Source: a virus. From it: a stretch of DNA of 64,000 bases. Where the stretch lies: positions 1 through 64,000 of the IMG/VR virus record IMGVR_UViG_3300025132_007963; one strand, 5' to 3'. Under the pieces are notes generated by a model that saw nothing but the letters and a program-made list of their open reading frames with translations, did not search any database and was not told the DNA's origin. The position numbers were made by a program, and so were the translations under genes. Of the stretch, positions 43,872-52,741 are shown one piece after another (position 1 is the first letter of the stretch; each line of letters begins with the position of its first letter).

Positions 43872-45734
43872 CTATACAAATTTTACTTCACAAGCACCAC
43901 CGGCACAGGCCAGCTCACCAGTTAAATCAGTGTTATCTTCTTCTTCGTTAACCATGGTTAAATCGATGTCACTCAAAAGATCAAACATGGCATCATATTT
44001 TTCTTTCGAGCAGTCTTCAAAAGGCGCTTGGACATAGCTCCCTCCATCGTAAGGCAATACCGATAAGCCATTGTAGCAACCTCTATTATCCCACATCCAT
44101 TCGCCTACGTCAAGCCATTCTGCATCTTTTATAGAAATTGTTGCAGAAACATTATGGGTATTTTGTCCCTTACTATGACCTGGCTTAACCCAATTATCCG
44201 TAATGTGTTTAACGCGTTTCAATAATTGCAGTGCGGATTCTGTTCTCAGCATTGCTCCAGCTGGGGCTTTTTGTGGCACGGATATCACAGCGGTGTCATG
44301 TGGTCTGAAGTATTCATCTTCTATTAAGTCTGGGCAGTTGTTTTTTAAATAACTGTAGATAGCTTCATTTTTTCCAACTCTTAAGCGTCGAATATAATAT
44401 TCAGAATGCCAAGCATGAATTCCAGAACTTGTCCCCAAAGTTAGTGAAGTTGTCCCGGCTGGCTTAACACATGTAGTTCTTGATGCTTTGTTTATACCTA
44501 ACATTTTTGCAACTCTTTCATTTTCAAGCTTAACTTGTTTTGCTGCAGCTTTCATATCAAGTTCTGTAACCAACCCAGAAGCAATGCCTGTCATTGATAC
44601 ACCAACAAGTGCATCTTTTTCTGTTGTTCTTCTCCAGATATCTCTTAGATAGTGAAAGTCAGTATAGCTAGCTTGTAAAGTACCAATGAAAGCTGCACAA
44701 CGAACACGATCTTCCAAATCTTCTTGACCCTCTACGTTAGAAACGTTAACCTCAGTAAGATTGCAAAATTGAAATGGCCGCAAAGCAATTTCGCAACATG
44801 GATTTGTACCCCAATCCTTATCGTTTGAAAAGTAAAAACCTGGCTCGCCGGCACCAGATGCTTTTACGCGATCCCATAAGCTCATAAAATATTCTTTGTT
44901 AATTTTATGTCTCAATAAGACAACAGAGTTATTTGCCCTGCCTCTTTGAGGATTTTTCTCGTACCAAGTACCCGATTTTGCAGAAATCATTTCTTGGTCA
45001 GACGCTGAAAATAGTGATATTAGAGCGGCTCGGCGGATACCTCCTGCTAAAACTGCATCTGCAATGTGACAAACAATATCATGTACCTCGATGGGTGATA
45101 GCTTGTCACCGTTGTCCTTCTCAGAAAGCATGCCTTCAAGTTTTACCAAGCATTCGCGAAGTGGTTGTGGCCCAGGAGCTTTACCGCCAGAAGTTATCAA
45201 CCTAGCACCCTTTGGTCTGATGTCTGAGTAGTCAAAGCGCAGTCTTGACCCACCATAAAAGTAAGTTCTCATCAACGCTTTCACTGCGTCGGCCCAGCCC
45301 TCAATTGAATCATTTACAAGAAATCTTCTAGTTCTTTTTGGGTTTGGCTTAAGTATTTCAGGCAACTTTTCAACATGATGTTTTTGCACACTATAGCCAA
45401 CTCCAGTTCCGCCAAGCAATAAGAACATCGCCTCTGAGAATGATCGCCAATCATCAATTGGCATGTACGCACAATTAAAAATTCTATTTGGAGCTACTTC
45501 TATCGGTTTACCGCCAAACTGCATTGATCTCATTGAAGGTAACACTTTCTTTTCTAAAACGAATTTATAATTTTTCCTAATTTGAAGCTCTAACTCTGGA
45601 AACTTCTTGATATGCATCGCCATATTACGATTTACTAATTCTTCCCAGTTTTCCCTTCTATTTTCGTCCTCTAAAAATCTAGCGTATTTCATGTGAACAG
45701 TTATATCTGACAGTATTTTACTTGATAGCTCCAT
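43872..45734 (-). CDS. nrdJ: Class II (B12-dependent) ribonucleotide reductase
   Basis: PSMRSMQF, GGIRRAALI, TNPCCEI, FCNLTE, KPAGT, C-terminal CAGGAC. Confidence 0.93.
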   Translation of the reverse strand: MELSSKILSDITVHMKYARFLEDENRRENWEELVNRNMAMHIKKFPELELQIRKNYKFVLEKKVLPSMRSMQFGGKPIEVAPNRIFNCAYMPIDDWRSFSEAMFLLLGGTGVGYSVQKHHVEKLPEILKPNPKRTRRFLVNDSIEGWADAVKALMRTYFYGGSRLRFDYSDIRPKGARLITSGGKAPGPQPLRECLVKLEGMLSEKDNGDKLSPIEVHDIVCHIADAVLAGGIRRAALISLFSASDQEMISAKSGTWYEKNPQRGRANNSVVLLRHKINKEYFMSLWDRVKASGAGEPGFYFSNDKDWGTNPCCEIALRPFQFCNLTEVNVSNVEGQEDLEDRVRCAAFIGTLQASYTDFHYLRDIWRRTTEKDALVGVSMTGIASGLVTELDMKAAAKQVKLENERVAKMLGINKASRTTCVKPAGTTSLTLGTSSGIHAWHSEYYIRRLRVGKNEAIYSYLKNNCPDLIEDEYFRPHDTAVISVPQKAPAGAMLRTESALQLLKRVKHITDNWVKPGHSKGQNTHNVSATISIKDAEWLDVGEWMWDNRGCYNGLSVLPYDGGSYVQAPFEDCSKEKYDAMFDLLSDIDLTMVNEEEDNTDLTGELACAGGACEVKFV

Positions 45735-47106
45735 TGTTGTTCTCCTTCTTGTATGATTTATATTTTTCTTTCAAAGTCTGTAATTGTTCTTTAGCACTCT
45801 TCTCTACTATGTCCTCTACAGTGTCGCCGGTTGGTGGCAGCACTTTAATCTTAACACAACTAGTGTCCATGAAAATTGGATAGACTAATCCATCCGGCCC
45901 ATTGCGGTTTTTTGCAATGAACACACGACCACCATTCGTATTTTTATCTTTTACGGTTCGCGATACAGAAAAGATAAAGTCCGCAACGAAACATTTATTA
46001 AATGCTTCAGATATAGACTCCATTGTAATTACTTCGGCATTCAATCCAGATCGATTTGTTTGAGATGCAGTCCAAAGTGGACACTCATTTATCTGTGCAA
46101 TTCCTCGTAACTCCTCATAAATAGTCTCTAGTTGATGTCTTTTCTCCTCTTTTCTAGAAGAAAATGGTTTTATTAGATCTCCATAATCTACAATGATTAA
46201 GTCGGGTACAAAATCTCTTGTTTTCATTTTTTCTAAATGCGTTTTAATTGTCTGAATAGATGCGGATCTGGTTGGATATTCTTTTACAATAAGCCTACCT
46301 TTAACATCCTGCAGTTCTTCATATATCTTCTCTTTGAATACAGTAAGATTTTTTAATTCAACGCCTGTAATGGCACTGTCATACCTGCTAGCAACAACAG
46401 TATCTGCTAATTCTAGTGTATAATGTATAACATTCTTTCCCGCTAACAAGGCATGAGCCCCTAGGTGAACTAATACCATAGACTTTCCAGCACCGGTGGG
46501 AGCTATCACCACACCAAGTTCACCTTTTCCTAGGCCACCTTTGTTGATGTCATCTATTTGTTGCCAACCGGTTGTTACTGGGTTGCGTTCCTTAATTTGA
46601 AATCTTCTTTCAAAATCTTTAATATAATCGTAGCCAAAATTATTATCCGTACCCAACTTTATTGCATCATTAATAATCTTGCTAACTTCATCAAAAGAAG
46701 ATCTTTTAATCAAATCAACCGACTTAATTAAAGCTTCTTTTAGTTTTTGTTTTTTGCAAAAGTCAAGGGCAGTGTTCTTTATATATTCTGAACCCTCTGG
46801 TTCTAGTCGACTTGCAAGAACTCTAGCATAATAATCTCTTATTCTAATTTGAATAGATTCATTTTCATTCTGAAACTCTGTTCTGATAATAGATTTCATT
46901 ATTTTCTCTGTTGGGTGTACACCATACCTGTCGCGATAGTTTATAATCTTCTTGATAAAAACTCTTAAATACTTTAATTCCAAGAAGTTAATGTCTAATA
47001 CTTCAAACATTTGATCAGCGAATGGCCGATCAGTTAAAATTAATTGACAGAGATCCTCTTGAAAAGATTTTCCAAACTTAGAAAAATCTTCTCTATCTTG
47101 TTCCAT
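45718..47106 (-). CDS. dnaB: Replicative DnaB-like helicase (T4 gp41-like)
   Basis: APTGAGKS, YTLE, IIVDYGD, TASQTNR, KNRNG. Confidence 0.92.
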   Translation of the reverse strand: MEQDREDFSKFGKSFQEDLCQLILTDRPFADQMFEVLDINFLELKYLRVFIKKIINYRDRYGVHPTEKIMKSIIRTEFQNENESIQIRIRDYYARVLASRLEPEGSEYIKNTALDFCKKQKLKEALIKSVDLIKRSSFDEVSKIINDAIKLGTDNNFGYDYIKDFERRFQIKERNPVTTGWQQIDDINKGGLGKGELGVVIAPTGAGKSMVLVHLGAHALLAGKNVIHYTLELADTVVASRYDSAITGVELKNLTVFKEKIYEELQDVKGRLIVKEYPTRSASIQTIKTHLEKMKTRDFVPDLIIVDYGDLIKPFSSRKEEKRHQLETIYEELRGIAQINECPLWTASQTNRSGLNAEVITMESISEAFNKCFVADFIFSVSRTVKDKNTNGGRVFIAKNRNGPDGLVYPIFMDTSCVKIKVLPPTGDTVEDIVEKSAKEQLQTLKEKYKSYKKENNNGAIK

Positions 47107-47146
47107 GGTTTACCACCTTACATTTAATTTAGAATAACACGTGTGC

Positions 47147-48124
47147 TTAGAAAACAGAAGTAAAAAATTTAGATACCATCTTATTAAAGCACTCATTAAG
47201 ATCATTTAAGGTGACCTCACCAGCACCATCTTTAATCATCAGGGCCTTTAGCCCTGTTTTATTGAACTCCGGAACATGGTTTTCCATGGTTGTTTCAATC
47301 AGGGTCTTTCTTTGTACTGATATACAAGGAGAATAAAGCTGCATAATTTTATAGTTTTCTTTAATCAATTCTCTTTGTTCGATAACCTTGTCATAAATTT
47401 TTAACTTGCCTTTGTTCTCTTCTGAGTGAGAAATCAAATCCTCCAAGAAACATTCTTTTTCTTCAACAAGAAAGGGGAATCTTTTGGATGCAGTCTGTAA
47501 TCCTACTCCTGGAACACCTGGTAGGTTATCGCTTTTGTCACCGGCCATTGCCCGGGCTATTGCAAAGTTTGTTGGATGTATACCAAACTTATCAATCACA
47601 ATTTTCTCAGTTAATATTTCATCTTGTGTGGGTCTGTATAGGATAGTCTTCTTGTTTAAGAGTTGAATAAAGTCCTTATCACTAGACACGATCACTTTTT
47701 GCCAATCTGAAAAACTGGTTAAATTACAGACATACGATATCACATCATCTGCTTCAACTTGAGGCTCCATGAATTGTATAATAGGAGTTTGGTTTAGGTA
47801 ATCTATTACTCTTAATTGCTGCCAAATCTTATTTTCTGCTTCTTCATCTTCAGACAAGTGTCTGATATCCCTGTTAAGCCTCAGTGGTTTTCGACCTGCT
47901 TTGTAATCTTTATTAATTGCACGTCTTTTGTTTGATCCACCCTCACCATCCCAGACAACCACAATCATGTCTGGCTTAATGTTTCTTGTCAGTTTATTAA
48001 GAATCTTCAAAAAACCTTTACAACCACCAATTGGTTGGCCATTTTGGGATAGGCTTGGATCAACTATATATGATCTTAAAAACTGGTTGTGAGCATCAAC
48101 AACCATTAATCTATTATTTGACAT
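47147..48124 (-). CDS. 5'-3' exonuclease / flap endonuclease (PolA N-terminal or T4 RNase H-like)
   Basis: VVDAHN, VVWDG, YKAGR, EADD, SSDKD, GDKSDNLPGV. Confidence 0.92.
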   Translation of the reverse strand: MSNNRLMVVDAHNQFLRSYIVDPSLSQNGQPIGGCKGFLKILNKLTRNIKPDMIVVVWDGEGGSNKRRAINKDYKAGRKPLRLNRDIRHLSEDEEAENKIWQQLRVIDYLNQTPIIQFMEPQVEADDVISYVCNLTSFSDWQKVIVSSDKDFIQLLNKKTILYRPTQDEILTEKIVIDKFGIHPTNFAIARAMAGDKSDNLPGVPGVGLQTASKRFPFLVEEKECFLEDLISHSEENKGKLKIYDKVIEQRELIKENYKIMQLYSPCISVQRKTLIETTMENHVPEFNKTGLKALMIKDGAGEVTLNDLNECFNKMVSKFFTSVF

Positions 48125-48145
48125 CTTTTTCCTTTCATAAAAAAA

Positions 48146-48185
48146 GCGCTTTAAGTATTATAACCTAAAGCGCATTAGAGGTCAA
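48146..48185 (-). terminator. recA terminator hairpin overlapping the next promoter
   Basis: GCGCTTTA/TAAAGCGC stem plus T7; TATAAT in the loop; TTGACC 17 bp upstream. Confidence 0.75.
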
Positions 48186-48200
48186 GAGTTTAGTTAGAAA

Positions 48201-49325
48201 CTAATCTTCTTCTGGTTTTTCAGATTCATAAAAATCTTCTGCTTTACCTTCACGATTTTTGAATTTTTTAATTACATCATCGTCAATAATAGACAGAACA
48301 CTTTCTCTGAAGTTTTCATTTTTGAGTTTTTGTGTCCAACCCTTTCTCTGAAATCTTTCTTCTGTGCCGTCATTCAAAACCAGGGTAAACCAAGCACCAG
48401 ACTGTTTAAGTCTTTCGGATATTTGAATTGCTTCAAACCAACTCTCTTCATCTTGAATACCAACAGTATCTGTGTTACCCCAAAGAATTTTGAAATTGCA
48501 ATGTCGACCAGCTGTTCCAAACCTAGACTTCTCTAGTTTTGCCTTAACTTCTGATCCTACCCTAAAGCCATTATCGTCCGTGACATAAGATGCCTTGGAC
48601 TTTCTACCAGTTAGCCATACTCGCAAAGAATATGCGTAATGCATGGCCTTGCCACCAGGAGTAACCCATGGCGTAACCATGGCTTCAGCTGGGGTTCTGG
48701 TAATGTTTGTCTTAAGCTGATTTAAGACAACAAATGTTGCTTGCTTGTTAGCAATGGGAACAGTTAGTTTTGACATGCCCTTTGATAAAATTCTTGGCTT
48801 AACTGCCATTGAAGATTGCGGATTGAAATCCCCTTCAATATCAGATATTGATGGTGTTAAGGCTAAAGAATCCCAGATAAACAGCCATTTGTTATCTGTG
48901 CTTAATAATTCTTCAATTGTTTCAAGCACAAACTCAACACTCTCAGCTTGTAGATAAATTAATTTACTTAAATCACAACCTGACTTTTGCAAAAAATCAG
49001 AATCAATAGCTGATTCGCTATCAAAATAAGCAACATCCATACCCATTTTTTGAGCATTAGCTGCTATTTGTGCCGCCATAAAAGATTTACCTGTAGCCTC
49101 AAGTCCTGCAATTTCTGTTACCTTTCCAACCGGTACACCGGCTAGCTTACCTTTGCATATAATGGAATCCAACCAGCGTGAACCAGTTGAAATCCATTCT
49201 TTTACATCGGTAGGGTTTTCTTCTTCTAGGCTGTGGGCAATTTCTCTGCCTGTTTTCTTATTAATCAGCTTTCGAATATCACCCAGCGATAATTTTCCGG
49301 TTCTTATTTTACTTACTTTTGCCAT
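48201..49325 (-). CDS. recA: RecA/UvsX recombinase
   Basis: EIAGLEATGKS, FDSESA, IWDS, LNQ, PGGKAMHY. Confidence 0.93.
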   Translation of the reverse strand: MAKVSKIRTGKLSLGDIRKLINKKTGREIAHSLEEENPTDVKEWISTGSRWLDSIICKGKLAGVPVGKVTEIAGLEATGKSFMAAQIAANAQKMGMDVAYFDSESAIDSDFLQKSGCDLSKLIYLQAESVEFVLETIEELLSTDNKWLFIWDSLALTPSISDIEGDFNPQSSMAVKPRILSKGMSKLTVPIANKQATFVVLNQLKTNITRTPAEAMVTPWVTPGGKAMHYAYSLRVWLTGRKSKASYVTDDNGFRVGSEVKAKLEKSRFGTAGRHCNFKILWGNTDTVGIQDEESWFEAIQISERLKQSGAWFTLVLNDGTEERFQRKGWTQKLKNENFRESVLSIIDDDVIKKFKNREGKAEDFYESEKPEED

Positions 49326-49327
49326 GC

Positions 49328-49771
49328 TTACTCACTAATGTTCATAACTTCAATTTCAAAATTTAAGCTTTTACCAGCCATAGGGTGGTTCAAGTCTAGC
49401 TCAACATTTGAATCTGAAAAAGAATTGATAGTGGCAATAAATGGTCGACCCTCCATGTCCCTGCCCTGAATTACCTCACCGATTTGAAAATTAAAATCCG
49501 GTGGGAATGCATTTTGCGGCACTGTTTGCACAAGTTCTGGATTTAGATCTCCATAAGCCTGCTCCGGGGAGAGTTTAATATTTTTAACCTCACCCAACTT
49601 CATTCCAACAACTGCTGAGTCGAAACCAGAAATCATTTGTCCTGATCCAACCTCAAAAGTAATCGCCTCGTTACGTTCCCGGGAGCTATCAAACTGTGTA
49701 CCGTCATCCAGTGTCCCAACATAGTGAACATCAACTGTCCTTCCGCTCAATACTTTTCTCAACTTACCCAT
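49328..49771 (-). CDS. FKBP-type peptidyl-prolyl isomerase (SlyD-like; start MGKLRK)
   Basis: VHYVGTLDDGTQFDSS, AYG, DLNHPMAGKSLNFEIEV. Confidence 0.92.
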   Translation of the reverse strand: MGKLRKVLSGRTVDVHYVGTLDDGTQFDSSRERNEAITFEVGSGQMISGFDSAVVGMKLGEVKNIKLSPEQAYGDLNPELVQTVPQNAFPPDFNFQIGEVIQGRDMEGRPFIATINSFSDSNVELDLNHPMAGKSLNFEIEVMNISE

Positions 49772-49797
49772 TATATTCTCTCCTTTATAAAAAATTA

Positions 49798-49821
49798 GAG
49801 GCACCTGTAACCCCGTGCCTC
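49798..49821 (-). terminator. Hairpin downstream of ssb
   Basis: GAGGCAC-10-GTGCCTC followed by TAATTTTT. Confidence 0.55.
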
Positions 49822-49837
49822 CCTGCGGTGTAAAAAA

Positions 49838-50599
49838 CTATGAACCTAAAAGGTCATTGAAAGCGGCCTCAACAGCGTCGTTTGACGCACCCGACGTTGC
49901 ATCGGTTGATCCCCCGTATTGCTCAACTTCTGACTGAGAAGTCTCAGCGTCTAGGAACGCATCAAGCATTGCCTGTGCTTCTTCTGGTGACTTTCTTTCA
50001 AACAATTCTTCAAAGTTGGGAATTGTTTCCAGAAGCTCAGCACATCGATCTTCGCCACCAACATTATCATCGCAAAGTACTGTCTTGCGTGGTCGGGGAC
50101 GAATATCGGTTCTAGGGAACCTTTCACCAGCTGGCTTACCATACATAACCTTGAGGTCATTACCCATGTCTGGGTCGGTAATGTCGCCGTAGTCCGGATC
50201 TAAGACAATGTTAAGGAGCTTCTCATAAGCCATCTTACCATAACCCCAAACTCTAATACCTTGATTTTCTTCACCTCTTACAAGAACAGGTGAAAAGAAC
50301 CTTTGTTTGGCGAACATGTCTTTAGCCATCCTCTTACTTTCTTCTGTACCCTCATTCCATAGTTTGTTACCAAAATCACAAACTGGACAACTGTCTCCAA
50401 AATTTCTCTTGGGACACAAGAAACCACCCGGCGCTACATTATAATGAAACCACTTCTCCTTAAAGGGATCACCATCAGCAGTTGGAACAATTCTTACATT
50501 ATTCTCGCCATCTTGGGGTTTCCAAAAATCTGTTTTTGAACTATCCTTGCCGGATAGTGTATTCAATTTTGATCGCATTCGATCTAGATCTAGAGCCAT
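49838..50599 (-). CDS. ssDNA-binding protein, T4 gp32-like (start MALDLDR)
   Basis: FWKP, CP...CPVC Zn site, WGYGK, DITDP..GND, acidic tail ending FNDLL. Confidence 0.88.
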   Translation of the reverse strand: MALDLDRMRSKLNTLSGKDSSKTDFWKPQDGENNVRIVPTADGDPFKEKWFHYNVAPGGFLCPKRNFGDSCPVCDFGNKLWNEGTEESKRMAKDMFAKQRFFSPVLVRGEENQGIRVWGYGKMAYEKLLNIVLDPDYGDITDPDMGNDLKVMYGKPAGERFPRTDIRPRPRKTVLCDDNVGGEDRCAELLETIPNFEELFERKSPEEAQAMLDAFLDAETSQSEVEQYGGSTDATSGASNDAVEAAFNDLLGS

Positions 50600-50696
50600 A
50601 ATAAACCTCCTTATTTTGTTTTTTTGCTCATTGGCTATAGCAGGTCGGCAAATTTCCCGACCAACTTTATACACTATAACATATCTGAAATTTAAA

Positions 50697-51545
50697 TCAA
50701 GTCTTTTTTGAAGAATTTTGAATTTTTGTTGAATGAGCTAAAATATAACCACAATCTTCATCATAGTCTGTTGAATAAATACCATAACTAACTTTTGTGT
50801 CGCTTAAAGTCTTTTTCTTAACTTGATCAACTATTTTTTTATGCAAACCTTTTTCATTCCTCAATTTTTTTTCAGGTATGCCATAATAATACCGGGCATC
50901 TCGAATAAAGTCAAGAGGAAAAAATAATTTTTCTTGACCAGTTTTTGAATTTAAAATCCCAAAGGTTGAAATTTTTGCAAATTCTACTGGATCTGAAAAG
51001 GTATCTGAAACAGACTGGATATGATTGTAAACATTTATCATATGAAATGCTGAGACTATCGTTTCATTTATTCTTGGATAATAATCAAAAACAGAAGCAT
51101 CTTCAACCAGGCTACTTAAGCTGTCGTTTGAAGCAAGAAATATTCTATTAAAGACATTTGATCTTGCATATTCCTGGAAAATATTGAATGCGATTTTTTC
51201 TTGCAAAAATTTAGTTTCGCTTAACAATTCAACTTCTGGCTTTACATACAATATATTAATTTTACAATTTTTGTTTAGTTTTTCTAGAATGACCAAAGAG
51301 GCACCTGAAGTGATACTAGCTCCAGAGACGATAAACAAAATCCCTCCTTTTATATTCTTTAAAAAGTTAGCTATTTTTAAATCCTTGGTTTCATATTCTT
51401 CGGGATTAGAAAACTTTGGGATTTGTAAACAATCCTTATCTTTCTGAATTTCAGAATCTATTTTATATACTCTATATTGTGAGTATGCTTTAAATTTATC
51501 TGCTATTCGACATCCCACGCCACCTAACCCAATTACCGTTTCCAT
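50697..51545 (-). CDS. Divergent tubulin/FtsZ-family protein (PhuZ-like)
   Basis: VIGLGGVGCRIA; SGASITSGAS at the signature-loop position; LASND. Confidence 0.7.
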   Translation of the reverse strand: METVIGLGGVGCRIADKFKAYSQYRVYKIDSEIQKDKDCLQIPKFSNPEEYETKDLKIANFLKNIKGGILFIVSGASITSGASLVILEKLNKNCKINILYVKPEVELLSETKFLQEKIAFNIFQEYARSNVFNRIFLASNDSLSSLVEDASVFDYYPRINETIVSAFHMINVYNHIQSVSDTFSDPVEFAKISTFGILNSKTGQEKLFFPLDFIRDARYYYGIPEKKLRNEKGLHKKIVDQVKKKTLSDTKVSYGIYSTDYDEDCGYILAHSTKIQNSSKKT

Positions 51546-52732
51546 GTAAAGTCCTTCATCTGTCCAAAATTATTTCCAACTTGCACGTTTGTTTTGAATT
51601 TACCAAACCTTGTATTTTCAAACAACGTTGCTATCTCATATATCTTATTAAAGTCCTGTCTCGCAAAATCTATAGTAATTGAATCGTGCATTAAAAATGC
51701 AACCTTGCTCTGCCAACCCTGCAACATTTTAAAAACTTTGTATGCTTGCTCTAAGAATATATCACTTGAAGTCGATTGCAAAATATAATTTACACTGTGA
51801 AATTCATCAGACAATATCTCTCTATGAAATGGTGTTGAGACTTTTTCACCATCCCAGAATTTCTCTCTCAGCGCGTCTCTATTATAAAATTTATCAATCA
51901 TGTGATCTTTTGAATTTGGATTGTAAAGCCATGCAAAAATTCTTTTCTTTGCCTCGGGCCTTGTTATAGATCCATTAAATATATTTTTAATATTCCAGTC
52001 ATGGATGTCAATGTCTGGTTGAGATTGATCGTTTAAAGCTAAAAATGTTCTTATCTCTGCTGCATTAAAATCTAGCTCCAAATAAACATCATTGGTGGGT
52101 TCTATATATTTTCTTAGATCTTTATCCAAAGTTAGTATTGGAAAAGATCTCTTTTGAGAACTTAATCTCCCTGTCTTTGTGCTGAACATTCTATATCTTA
52201 TAAAGTTATCAAACTTGTTTTTATTTTTTAGAAAGTTTCTAGCTTTTGGAGCAAAAGAATCTTTCTTGAGAGCTTTGTAATTAATTTTGATTTCTTGAGA
52301 TTTTATATCTTCAATCATTTTTGTAATCTTAAGCAGATGATCATAGTTTAGAGGCTTTTCGTGTGTATTAAAGACATGCTTGGTGATAGTGTTCTTTAAT
52401 TCAAGATATGTTTTCAGGTTATTGTGAGGTATCAAGTCAAAAATACAGTTTTCTTTCAAATCAACTTTTGCAATTTTGAGAGATTTAATAAATGCTTTGA
52501 TGTTATTTAATGTTTCAATATTATCTTGCTTTAAGCTTTCTGGGCACGCTTCGAATATTTCTTCACTTTGAGCATAAAGTTGTGCATATTCTATGGTTTC
52601 ATATTCTTTAAGTGGCTTAGAGTATTTCCACGTTTTAGAAAATTCATCTAAACTATATTCATGGAACTGTAAGTTTCCATTACAATAAACACCAACACAT
52701 TCTTGTTTGTCGTCAATACTCTGAAAATACAT
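51533..52732 (-). CDS. Family A DNA polymerase catalytic-domain protein (short)
   Basis: TGRLSS, motif A LDFNAAEIR, motif B RPEAK..IF..LY, motif C HDS. Confidence 0.8.
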   Translation of the reverse strand: MYFQSIDDKQECVGVYCNGNLQFHEYSLDEFSKTWKYSKPLKEYETIEYAQLYAQSEEIFEACPESLKQDNIETLNNIKAFIKSLKIAKVDLKENCIFDLIPHNNLKTYLELKNTITKHVFNTHEKPLNYDHLLKITKMIEDIKSQEIKINYKALKKDSFAPKARNFLKNKNKFDNFIRYRMFSTKTGRLSSQKRSFPILTLDKDLRKYIEPTNDVYLELDFNAAEIRTFLALNDQSQPDIDIHDWNIKNIFNGSITRPEAKKRIFAWLYNPNSKDHMIDKFYNRDALREKFWDGEKVSTPFHREILSDEFHSVNYILQSTSSDIFLEQAYKVFKMLQGWQSKVAFLMHDSITIDFARQDFNKIYEIATLFENTRFGKFKTNVQVGNNFGQMKDFTWKR

Positions 52733-52741
52733 TATACCTCT

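Noticed and set aside
34790-49325. Inteins or introns in dnaE, nrdJ, dnaB, recA
   Set aside because: Proteins are normal length with contiguous motifs; no splice-junction or homing-endonuclease signatures seen.
50697-51545. Evidence for a nucleus-forming (chimallin) jumbo phage
   Set aside because: Only the tubulin-like gene is present; reliance on sigma70 promoters and T4-like tail genes argue against it, though the rest of the genome is unseen.
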